Of a stretch of 64,000 bases of DNA, positions 17,599 through 27,911 are shown one piece after another. A program made the position numbers and the translations under genes. The notes beneath the pieces were generated by a model. The model had not been told where the DNA came from. It made no database searches and saw only the letters and a list, made by a program, of their open reading frames with translations. Position 1 is the stretch's first letter, and the number at the start of each line of letters is the position of its first letter. Origin of the DNA: an uncultured Coriobacteriaceae bacterium (GTDB taxonomy: Bacteria > Actinomycetota > Coriobacteriia > Coriobacteriales > Eggerthellaceae); assembly GCA_902768975.1 (NCBI GenBank), contig CACXMZ010000003.1:54941-118940 (forward strand). The letters run 5' to 3'.

Positions 17599-17901
17599 AT
17601 GGGTATTAAAGCGGAAGAAGCCTTAGAACTAGACTTTGACGGACTGTACGACTACCTGCGTCGTGAGCATTCGTGCTACATGGTTCACGACGGCAAGTTG
17701 TACTACCTGACCGACGTTAACTCCCATGCCTGGCGCGCACAGGACACCGACGTTCTGAACGACAAAGGCCATTACACCGACTGCAGCGAACTGGTGAGCA
17801 CCCTTGGGGAATTTTTGGGGCTTCCGTTTGCAGACGGCAAGACGGTCAAGGACGTGTTTGCAGACGCCACATTCTATGCTTCGGTAAAGCCAGAAGCGTA
17901 A
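17599..17901 (+). CDS. Hypothetical 100-aa protein
   Basis: It has a good RBS (GGAAAGG) and host-like codon bias. I recognise no family. Confidence 0.5.
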   Translation: MGIKAEEALELDFDGLYDYLRREHSCYMVHDGKLYYLTDVNSHAWRAQDTDVLNDKGHYTDCSELVSTLGEFLGLPFADGKTVKDVFADATFYASVKPEA

Positions 17902-17979
17902 CAATTGAACAACTAAATTAATGGCAATGCGGGAATCGGGTAACATGGTTCCCGCATTGTTGTATTTGGAAGGAAACGC

Positions 17980-19299
17980 ATGGACTTCGATCCGGTTGCA
18001 TATATAAACGACCCTACGTGGCACAGCCCCGTGTATGGTCTGGATCGCACGCGCGAAATGATGAAGCGCCTGGGCAACCCGCAGGACAAGTTGAAGTTTG
18101 TTCACGTGGCGGGCACCAACGGCAAGGGCAGCGTGTGCGCTTACTTGGACTCGGCGCTGCGCCAGGCGGGTTACAAGGTGGGCCTATTCACGAGCCCCTA
18201 TATTGAAACCTTCGAAGAGCGCATTCGGGTCAATGGCGAAAACATCCCCCTAGACGCACTTACGCAGGTTACGCTACAGGTGCGCGACGTGGCCGAAGCC
18301 ATGGCGGCTGAAGGTCCTGAACACCATCCGACCGAATTTGAAATGATGACGGCGGTCATGCTCGTTTATTTTGCCCAGTGCGAATGCGACATTTGCGTGG
18401 TGGAGGTTGGCCTGGGTGGTCGCCTGGATTCCACCAATATCATCGCAGCGCCTGAATGCTGCGTAATCGTGCGCATTGGCCTAGACCACACCGACCTTCT
18501 GGGCGAAACCACGGCCGAGATTGCCGCTGAAAAAGCAGCGATTATCAAGCCAGGTACGAGCGTGGTTTCTTGGCCCCAGGACAAAGACGCCTTAGCTGAA
18601 ATCGAGGCGGCGTGTAGTGCCGCGGCGGCGCCCTTGGTGGTGGCAGACCTGGGCAAGTTAGAGCAGGAAGCGGTACGTATTGATTTGAGCGAAGATGCTT
18701 CAACAGCGCTTCCTACCAGGTCTTTTACCTATAAGGGCGAAGCCTTTGAAACTCAGCTGCTGGCAAGTTATCAGCCGGCAAATGCAACCCTTGCCATCGA
18801 AGCCCTGCGTGCGCTTCGGCAGCGTGGTTGGAACATAAGCGAAGACGCGCTTGCCAGCGGCATCCGTCTGGCTCAGTGGCCGGGGCGTTTTGAAGTTATG
18901 CAGCGAAAGCCCCTCGTTATTGTGGATGGCGGGCATAACCCCCAGGGTGCGGCCGTGCTCGCAGAAACCCTGCGTGACGTGCTACCCGAAAGCAAGCCAG
19001 TGTTCATTGCAGGCATCCTTGCCGACAAGGACTTTGGTGGAATGCTGGAAGCTGTAGTTGACTTGGGGGCCGCCTTCGTGTGCGTAACGCCGCCGAACCC
19101 GCGTGCCCTGGCTGCCGAAGAACTGGCGGCTGCCATCTTGGCGCTTGATGGGGACGCGCGTGTGCAAGTGGCAAGCAGCTTTGAAGAGGCCGTTGCCCAG
19201 GCATTCGACCTTGCAGGCGAAGACGGGGTGGTGTGCGCCTTTGGAAGCCTGTATTCTATTCACGATTTAAAGCAGGCCTTGCGTGCAAGGGAGGCATAA
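17980..19299 (+). CDS. folC: Folylpolyglutamate synthase / dihydrofolate synthase
   Basis: The Mur-ligase P-loop VAGTNGKGS, EVGLGGRLDSTN and the C-terminal domain DGGHNPQG are present. Confidence 0.9.
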   Translation: MDFDPVAYINDPTWHSPVYGLDRTREMMKRLGNPQDKLKFVHVAGTNGKGSVCAYLDSALRQAGYKVGLFTSPYIETFEERIRVNGENIPLDALTQVTLQVRDVAEAMAAEGPEHHPTEFEMMTAVMLVYFAQCECDICVVEVGLGGRLDSTNIIAAPECCVIVRIGLDHTDLLGETTAEIAAEKAAIIKPGTSVVSWPQDKDALAEIEAACSAAAAPLVVADLGKLEQEAVRIDLSEDASTALPTRSFTYKGEAFETQLLASYQPANATLAIEALRALRQRGWNISEDALASGIRLAQWPGRFEVMQRKPLVIVDGGHNPQGAAVLAETLRDVLPESKPVFIAGILADKDFGGMLEAVVDLGAAFVCVTPPNPRALAAEELAAAILALDGDARVQVASSFEEAVAQAFDLAGEDGVVCAFGSLYSIHDLKQALRAREA

Positions 19300-19300
19300 C

Positions 19301-19732
19301 ATGTATCAACTGAAAACCGAAAGCAGCTTCGACAGCGCTCATTTTCTCACCGACTACGACGGCAAGTGTGAAAACCTACACGGGCACCGCTGGCGCGTGG
19401 TGGTCTATATTGCGGCCGACCAGTTGCAAATGGAAGGCCAAAACAAGGACATGGTTATCGACTTCGCCGACTTTAAGCGCGCGGTCCGTGCCCTCACTGA
19501 AGAAATGGACCACATGTTTATTGTGGAAGAGGGAAGCCTCGCGCCCGAAACGCTCGCATGCCTTGAACAGGAAACCTTCCGTCTGTATACCGTGCCTTTC
19601 CGCACTACGTCGGAAAATTTCGCGCGCTATTTCGCCGAGCGCCTTGCCGAACAAGGCTTCCGAGTGTCCAAGGTAGAGGTCTACGAAACCCCCATGAACT
19701 GCGCCATCTATATACCAGAAAGCGAAAACTAA
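19301..19732 (+). CDS. queD: 6-carboxy-5,6,7,8-tetrahydropterin synthase (QueD / PTPS family)
   Basis: FDSAHFL....CENLHGHRW is the PTPS zinc-binding and catalytic motif. The start at ATG 19301 is preceded by AAGGGAGG. Confidence 0.85.
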   Translation: MYQLKTESSFDSAHFLTDYDGKCENLHGHRWRVVVYIAADQLQMEGQNKDMVIDFADFKRAVRALTEEMDHMFIVEEGSLAPETLACLEQETFRLYTVPFRTTSENFARYFAERLAEQGFRVSKVEVYETPMNCAIYIPESEN

Positions 19733-19958
19733 GGCGACCATCTTTCTGCAACCGCTTCTACCAATATGGGCACCTTTCACGCCACGGGCGTGCGTGTTGA
19801 ACGCTAGGTTTTAGGCCTTTCGAATCATCAAAAGTTCACCGATTCCGCACACTATTTCACGCGCTTCGCTGGTATAGTGGAGTGCGTACAACAAACCATG
19901 CTCAAACGCCCCAAAACCACAGCATGCAGAGCATATGCATTACGGAAAGGCACATCAT

Positions 19959-22900
19959 ATGGCATTCGTTCATTTACACAATCACACCGAATATTCCCTG
20001 CTCGACGGCGCAACGCGCATCGACGAAATGGTGGCACGTGCCGCCGAATTAGGCATGCCTGCCGTAGCCATTACGGACCATGGCGTTATGAGTGGCATTC
20101 CCGAATTGGAAGACGCCTGCAAGGCGCTCGAAGCCAAAACAGGGCAGGTGGTAAAGCCCATCTTTGGTTGCGAAATCTACTTCACGACCGACGAAGAACT
20201 CAAGCGTGAAGGCAAGCAGCGCCTGTACCACATGATCCTGCTCGCCAAGACCAACGAAGGCTACCACAATCTGGTCAAGCTGGTTTCGCAAAGCCACGTG
20301 GACAACTTCTATTACAAACCTCGCACCACCTTTTCCATGCTTGAAAAATACAGTAAGGGGCTCATTGGTACGAGCGCCTGTATGCTGGGGCTTATTCCGC
20401 GCTTGCTGGACAATCGCCAGTTTGAAGACGCCGTGGAATGGGGCAAAAAATTTGCGAGCTTGTTCGAACCGGGTGACTTTTATATTGAACTGCAAAACCA
20501 AGGTTTAACGACCGACGGCGGCTTTACCCAGGCAGAGCTTAACCGCCAGCTGGTGCAGGTGGCTCAGGCCATTGGTTGCAAGACTGTTGCCACGAACGAC
20601 TTCCACTATCTGCGCCAGGAAGACGCTCCTGCGCAGGATATTATGATGTGCATTGGTATGGGCAAAACGCTCGACGACGAAAACCGCATGCGTTTTTCCA
20701 ACGACCAGTTCTACATGAAGAGCGAAGAAGAAATGCGTACGGCACTTAGCGAATGGCCCGAAGCCTGCGACAACACGGTCGAAATTGCCGAAAAGTGCAA
20801 CGTGGCCTTGGAGCGCGAAACCATCCTGCCGCGTTTCCCCTTGCCACCAGGCGAAACCGACGAAAGCTATTTCCGTAAGCAGATTGAAGCTGGCTTGGAA
20901 AAGCGTTATGGGGCCGACTGGCGCAACGTGGAAATTGCGGGCATCAACGTGGCGGAGCGCTATGAATACGAGGCAAGCATTATTATTCAGCAGGGCTTCC
21001 CAGCCTACTTCCTCATTGTGCAGGAATATATTCAATGGGCGAAGGACCACGACATTGGAGTCGGACCTGGCCGTGGGTCGGCTGCAGGCGCTATCGTAGC
21101 CTACGCCTTGGGCATTACCGACTTGTGCCCGCTCGCCAATGGCTTGCTGTTTGAACGCTTTCTTTCAGTTGAACGCGTGGAAATGCCTGATATCGACGTC
21201 GACTTCGACGACCAACGCCGCGACGAAGTAATCGACCATGTCCGTGAAGTTTATGGCGAAGACCATATTTCGGGCGTCATTACCTTTGGCACGCTGAAGG
21301 CGAAAAACGCCGTGCGCGACGCCGCGCGCGTGCTGGACAAGCCCTATGCCTTGGGCGACAAGCTGTGCAAGACCATCGGCGACGAACTGGGCCTTACCAT
21401 TCCGCAGGCGCTCGGCCTGAAGAAGAACAAGAAGGGCGAAGACAAAACCAACCCCGACCTGGTCGAACTTTACGAAACCGACGAAGAGTCGCGCCAGGTG
21501 CTCGACGCTGCCATGTCCATTGAAGGTGGCGTGCGCGGGGAAGGCGTTCACGCCTGCGCGACCATCATTTGCCGCGACCCGCTTTCCGACCATATCCCCG
21601 TGAAGCGTGACACCAAGGGCGGCGGCATTATCACTCAATTCGACGGCCACTACACGCCCGAACTCGGCTTGCTCAAGATGGACTTCCTGGGCTTGCGCAA
21701 CTTAAGCGTTATCAACCGTGCCTGCAAAAATATTGAAGAGCGTCACGGTGTGAAGATCAACCCGACCGACATTCCGCTCGACGACGAAGCGGCCTTTGAA
21801 CTCATGTGCAACGGCAACATGGACGGCCTGTTCCAGGTGGAAAGCGCCCTCTACGTTACCTTGTTTGCGCGCATGAAGCCTTCGCGCTTTGAACATATTG
21901 TGGCATCCATCGCCCTTAATCGCCCCGGCCCCTTGCAGTCGGGCTTCGTGGACGACTACGTGAAGCGCATGACGGGCGTGCAGCAGGTGGCCTACTACGA
22001 CGAACGCCTGCGCCCCATTCTGGAAGAAACCTACGGCACCATTGTGTACCAGGAACAGATCATGCAGATCTCTATGGCCATGTGCGGCTTTAGCGCCGGT
22101 AAGGCAGACAAGCTTCGTAAGGCCATGGGCAAGAAGCAGCTCGACGTAATGATGGCCCTTAAGGACGACTGGAACAATGGTGCGGTCGAAAACGGCTATT
22201 CGCTTGAAGTGGCAAAACGCATTTGGGACGACGCGGAAAACTTCGCTGAGTACGCCTTTAACAAGAGCCACTCTGCTGCCTATGCCGTAATTGTTATGCG
22301 CACGGCGTACCTGAAGGCGCATTACCCCAAGGAGTTTATGGCAGCTGTGCTGTCGAGCTTTATGGACAAAAATGAACGCCTCATTCTGTACGTGGCCAGC
22401 TGCAATGCCACGGGTTTGAAGGTGCTTCCGCCCGACATTAACTCGTCGAACCTGGAATTTACGGCAGTGGACGAAGGCATTCGCTTTGGTCTAGCAGGCG
22501 TGCGCGGAGTGGGCGAAAAAGTTGTGGCATCCATCGTGGCCGAACGCGAAGCAAACGGCCCTTATACCAGCCTACATGACTTTGTGGCACGCCTCGACTC
22601 CAAGTGCTACAACAAGAAGACGCTTGAAGCCCTCATTAAGGCAGGCGCCTTCGATTCGACGGGCTACACGCGCAGGCAGCTCATGTATTTCGTTGAAGAA
22701 ACTCCGCTTTTGGAAGACGCTGCCAAGCGCCAGAAGGACAAGGACATGGGGCAGGTAACCATGTTTGACCTGTTCGCCGACGACGAAGATTCAGGCTTTG
22801 CTATGGAAGTGCCGCCGCCCGACGGCATTGAATGGGACAAGCGCTTCCTGCTGGCGGAAGAAAAATCCATTTTGAACATCTATGTTTCAGACCATCCCTT

Positions 22901-23507
22901 GTCGCCCTATGCCGCCAAGCTGCGTGAACTTACTAAGTTCAGACTTGGCGAACTGGCCGACCGTGAAGACGACACGCCTATCGCCACCTTTGTGGGCATG
23001 ATTTCGGGCGTAAACACGCGCCTGTATGGTCAGCAGAATAAGCGCATGGCCACCTTTAGGCTTGAAGACATGACGGGCGGGGTGGACTGCATTTGCTTCG
23101 ACATCGACTCCGACCGCAAGGACAAGGAGTCGGGGCGCCTGTTGGTGGACCGCGACGCCATTGAAGAAGACTGCATCGTGAGTATTCGCGGTAAGTTCGA
23201 AAAGAACGAGCGGGGCGACCAGCTGATGGTGCGCGAAATTCGCCGCCTGGACCTGGGCGATGCGGACGGCATGCGCAAGCCGCGGACCCTTGAGATTTCG
23301 GTCATGCAAGCCGACATGAGTTCAGCCACCATGCAGTTCCTCGACCAGATCTTGCATCGCTACCCAGGAACCGACGGAACGGTCCTGTTTGTGCGCCAGG
23401 CAGACGGGCGAAAGTTCCGCGCGGAACTGCCTACCACGGTGGACGCCTATAACGACGCCCTGTATTCAGACTTACGCGCCCTCTTTGGAAGAGAAGTATG
23501 GCGGTAG
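19959..23507 (+). CDS. dnaE: DNA polymerase III alpha subunit
   Basis: The PHP domain MAFVHLHNHTEYSLLDGA, the palm/fingers (PDIDVDF, FNKSHSAAYA) and an OB-fold tail are present. The start at 19959 is preceded by GGAAAGG. Confidence 0.95.
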   Translation: MAFVHLHNHTEYSLLDGATRIDEMVARAAELGMPAVAITDHGVMSGIPELEDACKALEAKTGQVVKPIFGCEIYFTTDEELKREGKQRLYHMILLAKTNEGYHNLVKLVSQSHVDNFYYKPRTTFSMLEKYSKGLIGTSACMLGLIPRLLDNRQFEDAVEWGKKFASLFEPGDFYIELQNQGLTTDGGFTQAELNRQLVQVAQAIGCKTVATNDFHYLRQEDAPAQDIMMCIGMGKTLDDENRMRFSNDQFYMKSEEEMRTALSEWPEACDNTVEIAEKCNVALERETILPRFPLPPGETDESYFRKQIEAGLEKRYGADWRNVEIAGINVAERYEYEASIIIQQGFPAYFLIVQEYIQWAKDHDIGVGPGRGSAAGAIVAYALGITDLCPLANGLLFERFLSVERVEMPDIDVDFDDQRRDEVIDHVREVYGEDHISGVITFGTLKAKNAVRDAARVLDKPYALGDKLCKTIGDELGLTIPQALGLKKNKKGEDKTNPDLVELYETDEESRQVLDAAMSIEGGVRGEGVHACATIICRDPLSDHIPVKRDTKGGGIITQFDGHYTPELGLLKMDFLGLRNLSVINRACKNIEERHGVKINPTDIPLDDEAAFELMCNGNMDGLFQVESALYVTLFARMKPSRFEHIVASIALNRPGPLQSGFVDDYVKRMTGVQQVAYYDERLRPILEETYGTIVYQEQIMQISMAMCGFSAGKADKLRKAMGKKQLDVMMALKDDWNNGAVENGYSLEVAKRIWDDAENFAEYAFNKSHSAAYAVIVMRTAYLKAHYPKEFMAAVLSSFMDKNERLILYVASCNATGLKVLPPDINSSNLEFTAVDEGIRFGLAGVRGVGEKVVASIVAEREANGPYTSLHDFVARLDSKCYNKKTLEALIKAGAFDSTGYTRRQLMYFVEETPLLEDAAKRQKDKDMGQVTMFDLFADDEDSGFAMEVPPPDGIEWDKRFLLAEEKSILNIYVSDHPLSPYAAKLRELTKFRLGELADREDDTPIATFVGMISGVNTRLYGQQNKRMATFRLEDMTGGVDCICFDIDSDRKDKESGRLLVDRDAIEEDCIVSIRGKFEKNERGDQLMVREIRRLDLGDADGMRKPRTLEISVMQADMSSATMQFLDQILHRYPGTDGTVLFVRQADGRKFRAELPTTVDAYNDALYSDLRALFGREVWR

Positions 23508-24259
23508 TATCACTCACAGTTTCGTATAACGGGGCGCCGTTTGCGGGTTTCGCGCGGCAGCCCGACCAGCTGACCGTTCAGGGCGAACTGGAACGCGCGC
23601 TCGAGCTGCTGTATAAGCGCGAAGTGGAAACCACCTGCGCGGGTCGTACCGACGCAGGCGTGCATGCTTTGGGCCAGGTGGTTAGCTTCGAGCTCGCCCC
23701 TGAAGAATGGGCAGGGCGGGAACCGCATGCCTTGCTTCGTTCGCTCAATGCCATAACGCACGAAGCCATTTCCATTCACGAAGTGCAGGAACGCAGCGAC
23801 GACTTTTCGGCACGCTTTTCCGCCAAGTCGCGTGAATACCACTATTTCATTTCGACAGCAGCTGCTCCGCCCCTGGTCATGCACGATTTTTGCTGGCACA
23901 AGGCGGGCGACTTGGACGTGGCTGCCATGAACGAAGCGGCACAGTACCTCATTGGTGAACACGACTTTAAGAGCTTTTGCTTGGCGGCTTCCGCTGAAGG
24001 TAAGCCCACGTGCCGCAACCTAATGGAATGCAAGGTCGAGCCCGTTGAAGTAATGGGGGAGCCGCTCCTGCGCGTGCGCGTGGTAGGCAGCAGCTTCTTG
24101 CATTCCATGGTACGCACCATCGTGGGAACGCTTGTGGCAGTGGGGGCCGGCCTGCGCGAACCGGCCTGGGTAGCTGAAGTGCTTGCCGCCTGCGACCGTT
24201 CTGCCGCAGGTGAAAAGGCGCCCGCATGCGGTCTTATCTTCGAAAAAGTTGAATATTAA
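23498..24259 (+). CDS. truA: tRNA pseudouridine(38-40) synthase
   Basis: GFARQP...AGRTDAGVHALGQV carries the catalytic Asp motif. The gene overlaps the dnaE stop by 10 nt. Confidence 0.9.
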   Translation: MAVVSLTVSYNGAPFAGFARQPDQLTVQGELERALELLYKREVETTCAGRTDAGVHALGQVVSFELAPEEWAGREPHALLRSLNAITHEAISIHEVQERSDDFSARFSAKSREYHYFISTAAAPPLVMHDFCWHKAGDLDVAAMNEAAQYLIGEHDFKSFCLAASAEGKPTCRNLMECKVEPVEVMGEPLLRVRVVGSSFLHSMVRTIVGTLVAVGAGLREPAWVAEVLAACDRSAAGEKAPACGLIFEKVEY

Positions 24260-24312
24260 GCCTATTGGTTGTAATCTTATGTATTCGCAGGTAAGCATAT
24301 GGAGTAATACGT

Positions 24313-24813
24313 ATGAGCGAAGTCGACAACAGATTACAGACATTTGATGAAAGCGAATTACCCGACTGGGCTATTCACGAAGACGACCAGGAAGGCCTCA
24401 ACGCTTTCTTCAATGAACCCGCCGACCGTGGGGAGGCTGAAACCGCCTTTGCTATCCCTCGAGGGGAAGCTGGTGCACCCGTGCCCGAGCCCAGCCCCGA
24501 GCCCGAAGCAGCTACTGCGCCCAGCCCTGAACCGGAGCCCGCTGCGGTGGCCGAACCTACGCCCGAGGCTACCCCCGTGCCTGCCCCCGAGCCCGAACCT
24601 GAGCCTGAACCCGAAGCTATGCCTGAACAGGAACCAGCTTCGGAGCCCGCGGACCCCGATGAAGAACCCGAAGCTGCGCACAATGCCGCCGCGCCGCGCC
24701 GCGCTGACTTCGCCAAATTCCGTTGTATCTATGAATCGCAAGACGGCCAGCTGGCGCTCTATGAAGACGAAGACGGCCACCTGACCGCCGTCAATACCAA
24801 CCGCTTTGTATAG
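24313..24813 (+). CDS. Hypothetical acidic protein with Pro/Glu-rich low-complexity core
   Basis: The ORF has an RBS, and its central region consists of (P-E/A)n repeats ([11 protein letters not shown]). I recognise no family. Confidence 0.5.
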   Translation: MSEVDNRLQTFDESELPDWAIHEDDQEGLNAFFNEPADRGEAETAFAIPRGEAGAPVPEPSPEPEAATAPSPEPEPAAVAEPTPEATPVPAPEPEPEPEPEAMPEQEPASEPADPDEEPEAAHNAAAPRRADFAKFRCIYESQDGQLALYEDEDGHLTAVNTNRFV

Positions 24814-25027
24814 TTGTTTCGACGTTCTAACGAACATCGAACTTGCCGACGCCGCAATTCAACAACGCTTCATGTTTCACCCTTATTTTGCACGTCGTGT
24901 GTATACCCACTCTGCGGCCAATGCTGCTTCATTCTACAAAGAATCCTTAACCATTTAACCTTATTGCGCACTTCGTCGGTCGATTTTCGCGTATACTCTT
25001 ATGCTTCATGCATAAATGGAGGTATAT

Positions 25028-26479
25028 ATGGAAACCAATAACGCACATGCAATGCAGGCTACCGAAGTAGCACCCGATGTCATTGATCCCGCCATGCCGG
25101 ACTTTGCCGTGCATCCAGGGCGTTCGTCCTGGTCGGGCAAGTGGATGTTTATCCTGTCCGCTGCGGCTTCTGCGGTGGGCCTGGGTAATATGTGGCGCTT
25201 CCCGTACTTGGCTGCTAAGTACGGTGGCGGCACCTTTATCTTTACCTACCTGGTTTTGGTGTTCACCTTTGGCATTTCCTTGCTTCTGCTTGAAACTTCG
25301 CTTGGCCGCAAGACGGGGCAGTCGGTTATTGGCGCCTATAGTAGCTTCGGCAAGAAGTACAAGTTTATTGGCGTGCTTTCTGCTGCCATTCCCTTCATCA
25401 TCACCCCGTACTACTGCATTATTGGTGGCTGGGTTGCCAAGTATTGCGTGTCGTATATAACCAATGCCCCGGCCGACATGGCCGACGGTGGCGACTTCTT
25501 CGTGAGTTTCATTACGTCAAACCAGGCGAGTTTTATTTTCATGTTGCTCTTTATGCTTGCGGCATTTTTGATTGTGTCGCTGGGCGTGAAGGGTGGCATC
25601 GAAAAAGCCAACCTGGTCATGATGCCGCTTTTGCTGGTTTCCGCCATTGGCATTGCCATCTATGTGAGTACCTTCCCGGGTGCTGCTGCGGGCATTGCCT
25701 ATTACCTGACGCCCGACTTCAGCAAGTTTTCGCCTGAACTGGTCATTGGTGCGCTGGGCCAGATGTTCTACAGCCTTTCGCTTGCCATGGCCATCATGGT
25801 TACCTACGGTTCGTACCTCAGTAAGAAGGAAAACCTGCCGAAGAGCGTGGCCTGGATTGGTGGCGCCGACCTGCTGGTTTCGACCATTGCGGGCCTCATG
25901 ATTGTGCCTGCCGCCTTTATTGTGATGGGTTCCGCCGAAGCGGTGGCCGCCAAGTCTGGTCCTTCGCTTATGTTTATTACGCTGCCTACCGTCTTCCAGG
26001 AAATGGGCGGCGTCGCTCCCATTATTGGTTTTATCTTCTTCCTGCTCGTGCTGTTCGCAGCGCTTACCAGCGCCATTTCGCTTATTGAAGCCTGCGTTTC
26101 TATTATTGCCGACGGCGCTGGTGTTTCACGCCGCCGTGCCCTCACCATTTCGGTCGTCATCATTGTGATTGCGGGTGTTTTCATCAACCTGGGTTACAAC
26201 GGGCTGTCCTTCATTCAGCCGCTTGGCGAAGGTTCGTCGTTGCTCGACCTGGCCGACTTTATCAGCAATTCGGTGCTCATGCCTATCGTGGCGCTGCTGA
26301 CGGTTATCTTCGTAGGCTGGATTCTTAAGCCGCAGGCTCTTATCGACGAAATCAAGATTAGCTCGCCCTTTGCAGCCGAAAAAGCTTGGGTCATCATGAT
26401 CAAGTATATTGCGCCTGTGCTGCTGGTGGTTATCTTGGTTGCCTACGTGGCCATGCAGTTCGGAGCTTTCTCGGTCTAG
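25028..26479 (+). CDS. Sodium-dependent transporter, neurotransmitter:sodium symporter (SNF) family
   Basis: SAVGLGNMWRFPYLAAKYGGGTF is the NSS signature, and there are about 11-12 TM segments. The start at 25028 follows GGAGG; an alternative start is at 25016. Confidence 0.9.
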   Translation: METNNAHAMQATEVAPDVIDPAMPDFAVHPGRSSWSGKWMFILSAAASAVGLGNMWRFPYLAAKYGGGTFIFTYLVLVFTFGISLLLLETSLGRKTGQSVIGAYSSFGKKYKFIGVLSAAIPFIITPYYCIIGGWVAKYCVSYITNAPADMADGGDFFVSFITSNQASFIFMLLFMLAAFLIVSLGVKGGIEKANLVMMPLLLVSAIGIAIYVSTFPGAAAGIAYYLTPDFSKFSPELVIGALGQMFYSLSLAMAIMVTYGSYLSKKENLPKSVAWIGGADLLVSTIAGLMIVPAAFIVMGSAEAVAAKSGPSLMFITLPTVFQEMGGVAPIIGFIFFLLVLFAALTSAISLIEACVSIIADGAGVSRRRALTISVVIIVIAGVFINLGYNGLSFIQPLGEGSSLLDLADFISNSVLMPIVALLTVIFVGWILKPQALIDEIKISSPFAAEKAWVIMIKYIAPVLLVVILVAYVAMQFGAFSV

Positions 26480-26659
26480 CAGTTGCAGGCTGACGCGCCT
26501 CGGCTGCCACTCTCGCTGTTCGTGAAAACAGCGCATTAAGTGCTGTTTTCACTCATGCGCTTCGTTGCGCTGAACTTAGCTTTTAAAGCATGAATCGCGC
26601 TCACGCGATTCATGATATTTGACGTTCAGAGCCAGCCAGGCACGTCAAACTGCAACTGC
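26479..26659. repeat. Cluster of nested hairpins in the intergenic region before ychF
   Basis: The outer inverted repeat GCAGTTGCAGGCTGACG / CGTCAAACTGCAACTGC matches at 15/17. It encloses two perfect 11-bp stem-loops. One is GTGAAAACAGC-N9-GCTGTTTTCAC at 26522-26552. The other is CATGAATCGCG-CTCA-CGCGATTCATG at 26589-26614. Confidence 0.7.
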
Positions 26660-26688
26660 TATACTCTTCTAGACCAAAGGAGTTAACT

Positions 26689-27753
26689 ATGTCGCTTTCG
26701 ATAGGTATTGTCGGGCTGCCCAATGTGGGGAAGTCAACGCTGTTTACGGCGCTCACCAACAAGGGTGGGCTGGCTGCGAATTATCCTTTTGCCACCATTG
26801 AGCCTAACGTGGGTGTGGTGCCTGTACCCGACGCTCGCATGGACCGCCTGGCGGAAATCGACCACCCCGCGCGCGTGGTACCGGCTACGGTGGAGTTTGT
26901 GGATATTGCCGGCCTGGTGGCGGGTGCTTCGCAGGGTGAAGGCTTGGGCAACCAGTTCCTCGCCAATATCCGTGAAACCGATGCCATCGCCGAAGTGGTG
27001 CGTTACTTTACCGACGAAGACGTGGTACACGTGGAAGGCCGCGTGGACCCCGCAAGCGACGTGGACACCATCAAGACCGAACTGGTCCTGGCAGACATTG
27101 CCACCATAGAAAAAGCCCTGCCTCGCCTGGAGAAAGACGCGAAGCGCGATAAAGCTTTGGCACTGAAATTTGAAACGGCCAAGAAGGTGCTTGATGGCCT
27201 GAACGAAGGCCATCGCGCTCGCACGCTCGACCTGTCCGAAGACGAAACGGCAGCGCTTTACGATCTGCACCTGCTTACCATGAAGCCCATGCTCTATATT
27301 GCCAATGTAGACGAAGACGCGGTGGGCGCTTCGCTGGACGAAATCGACGGCTGCGTACCCGTACCCATTTGCGCCAAAGTGGAAGCAGACCTGGCTGAAC
27401 TCGACCCCGCGGAAGCCAAGGAATACTTGGCGGCCATGGGCCTCGAAGAGTCTGGCTTGGTGCGCCTAATTCACGAAGCTTACCGCTTGCTCGGCCTGCA
27501 AAGCTTCTTCACCACGGGCGCCGACGAAACACGCGCCTGGACCATTCCTATTGGGGCGAAGGCACCGCAGGCAGCGGGCACTATCCATACCGACTTCGAA
27601 CGTGGCTTCATCAAGGCGGAAACCGCCAGCTTCGAAGACTACGACCAGTACAACGGTGAAGCGGGCTGCCGCGAACACGGCCGCTTGCGCCAAGAAGGCA
27701 AGGACTACGTCGTCCAAGACGGCGACATCATGCACTTCAAGTTCAACGTATAA
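26689..27753 (+). CDS. ychF: Redox-regulated ATPase YchF (Obg-family)
   Basis: [31 protein letters not shown] and the C-terminal TGS-like domain ([11 protein letters not shown]) are present. Confidence 0.95.
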   Translation: MSLSIGIVGLPNVGKSTLFTALTNKGGLAANYPFATIEPNVGVVPVPDARMDRLAEIDHPARVVPATVEFVDIAGLVAGASQGEGLGNQFLANIRETDAIAEVVRYFTDEDVVHVEGRVDPASDVDTIKTELVLADIATIEKALPRLEKDAKRDKALALKFETAKKVLDGLNEGHRARTLDLSEDETAALYDLHLLTMKPMLYIANVDEDAVGASLDEIDGCVPVPICAKVEADLAELDPAEAKEYLAAMGLEESGLVRLIHEAYRLLGLQSFFTTGADETRAWTIPIGAKAPQAAGTIHTDFERGFIKAETASFEDYDQYNGEAGCREHGRLRQEGKDYVVQDGDIMHFKFNV

Positions 27754-27911
27754 GGTGTCATAAAAAGCATCTCGGCTCATTTACGCAGGGTAGAAGAGCC
27801 GAGATGTGCGCTGATCCAATACTTGTGACACATAGACGCCCTTTCCATTTGCTATCATTACGAAAGAAGAATCGCACTGAAGGAACGTATTTGCTTTTGA
27901 GGGGGTAACCC

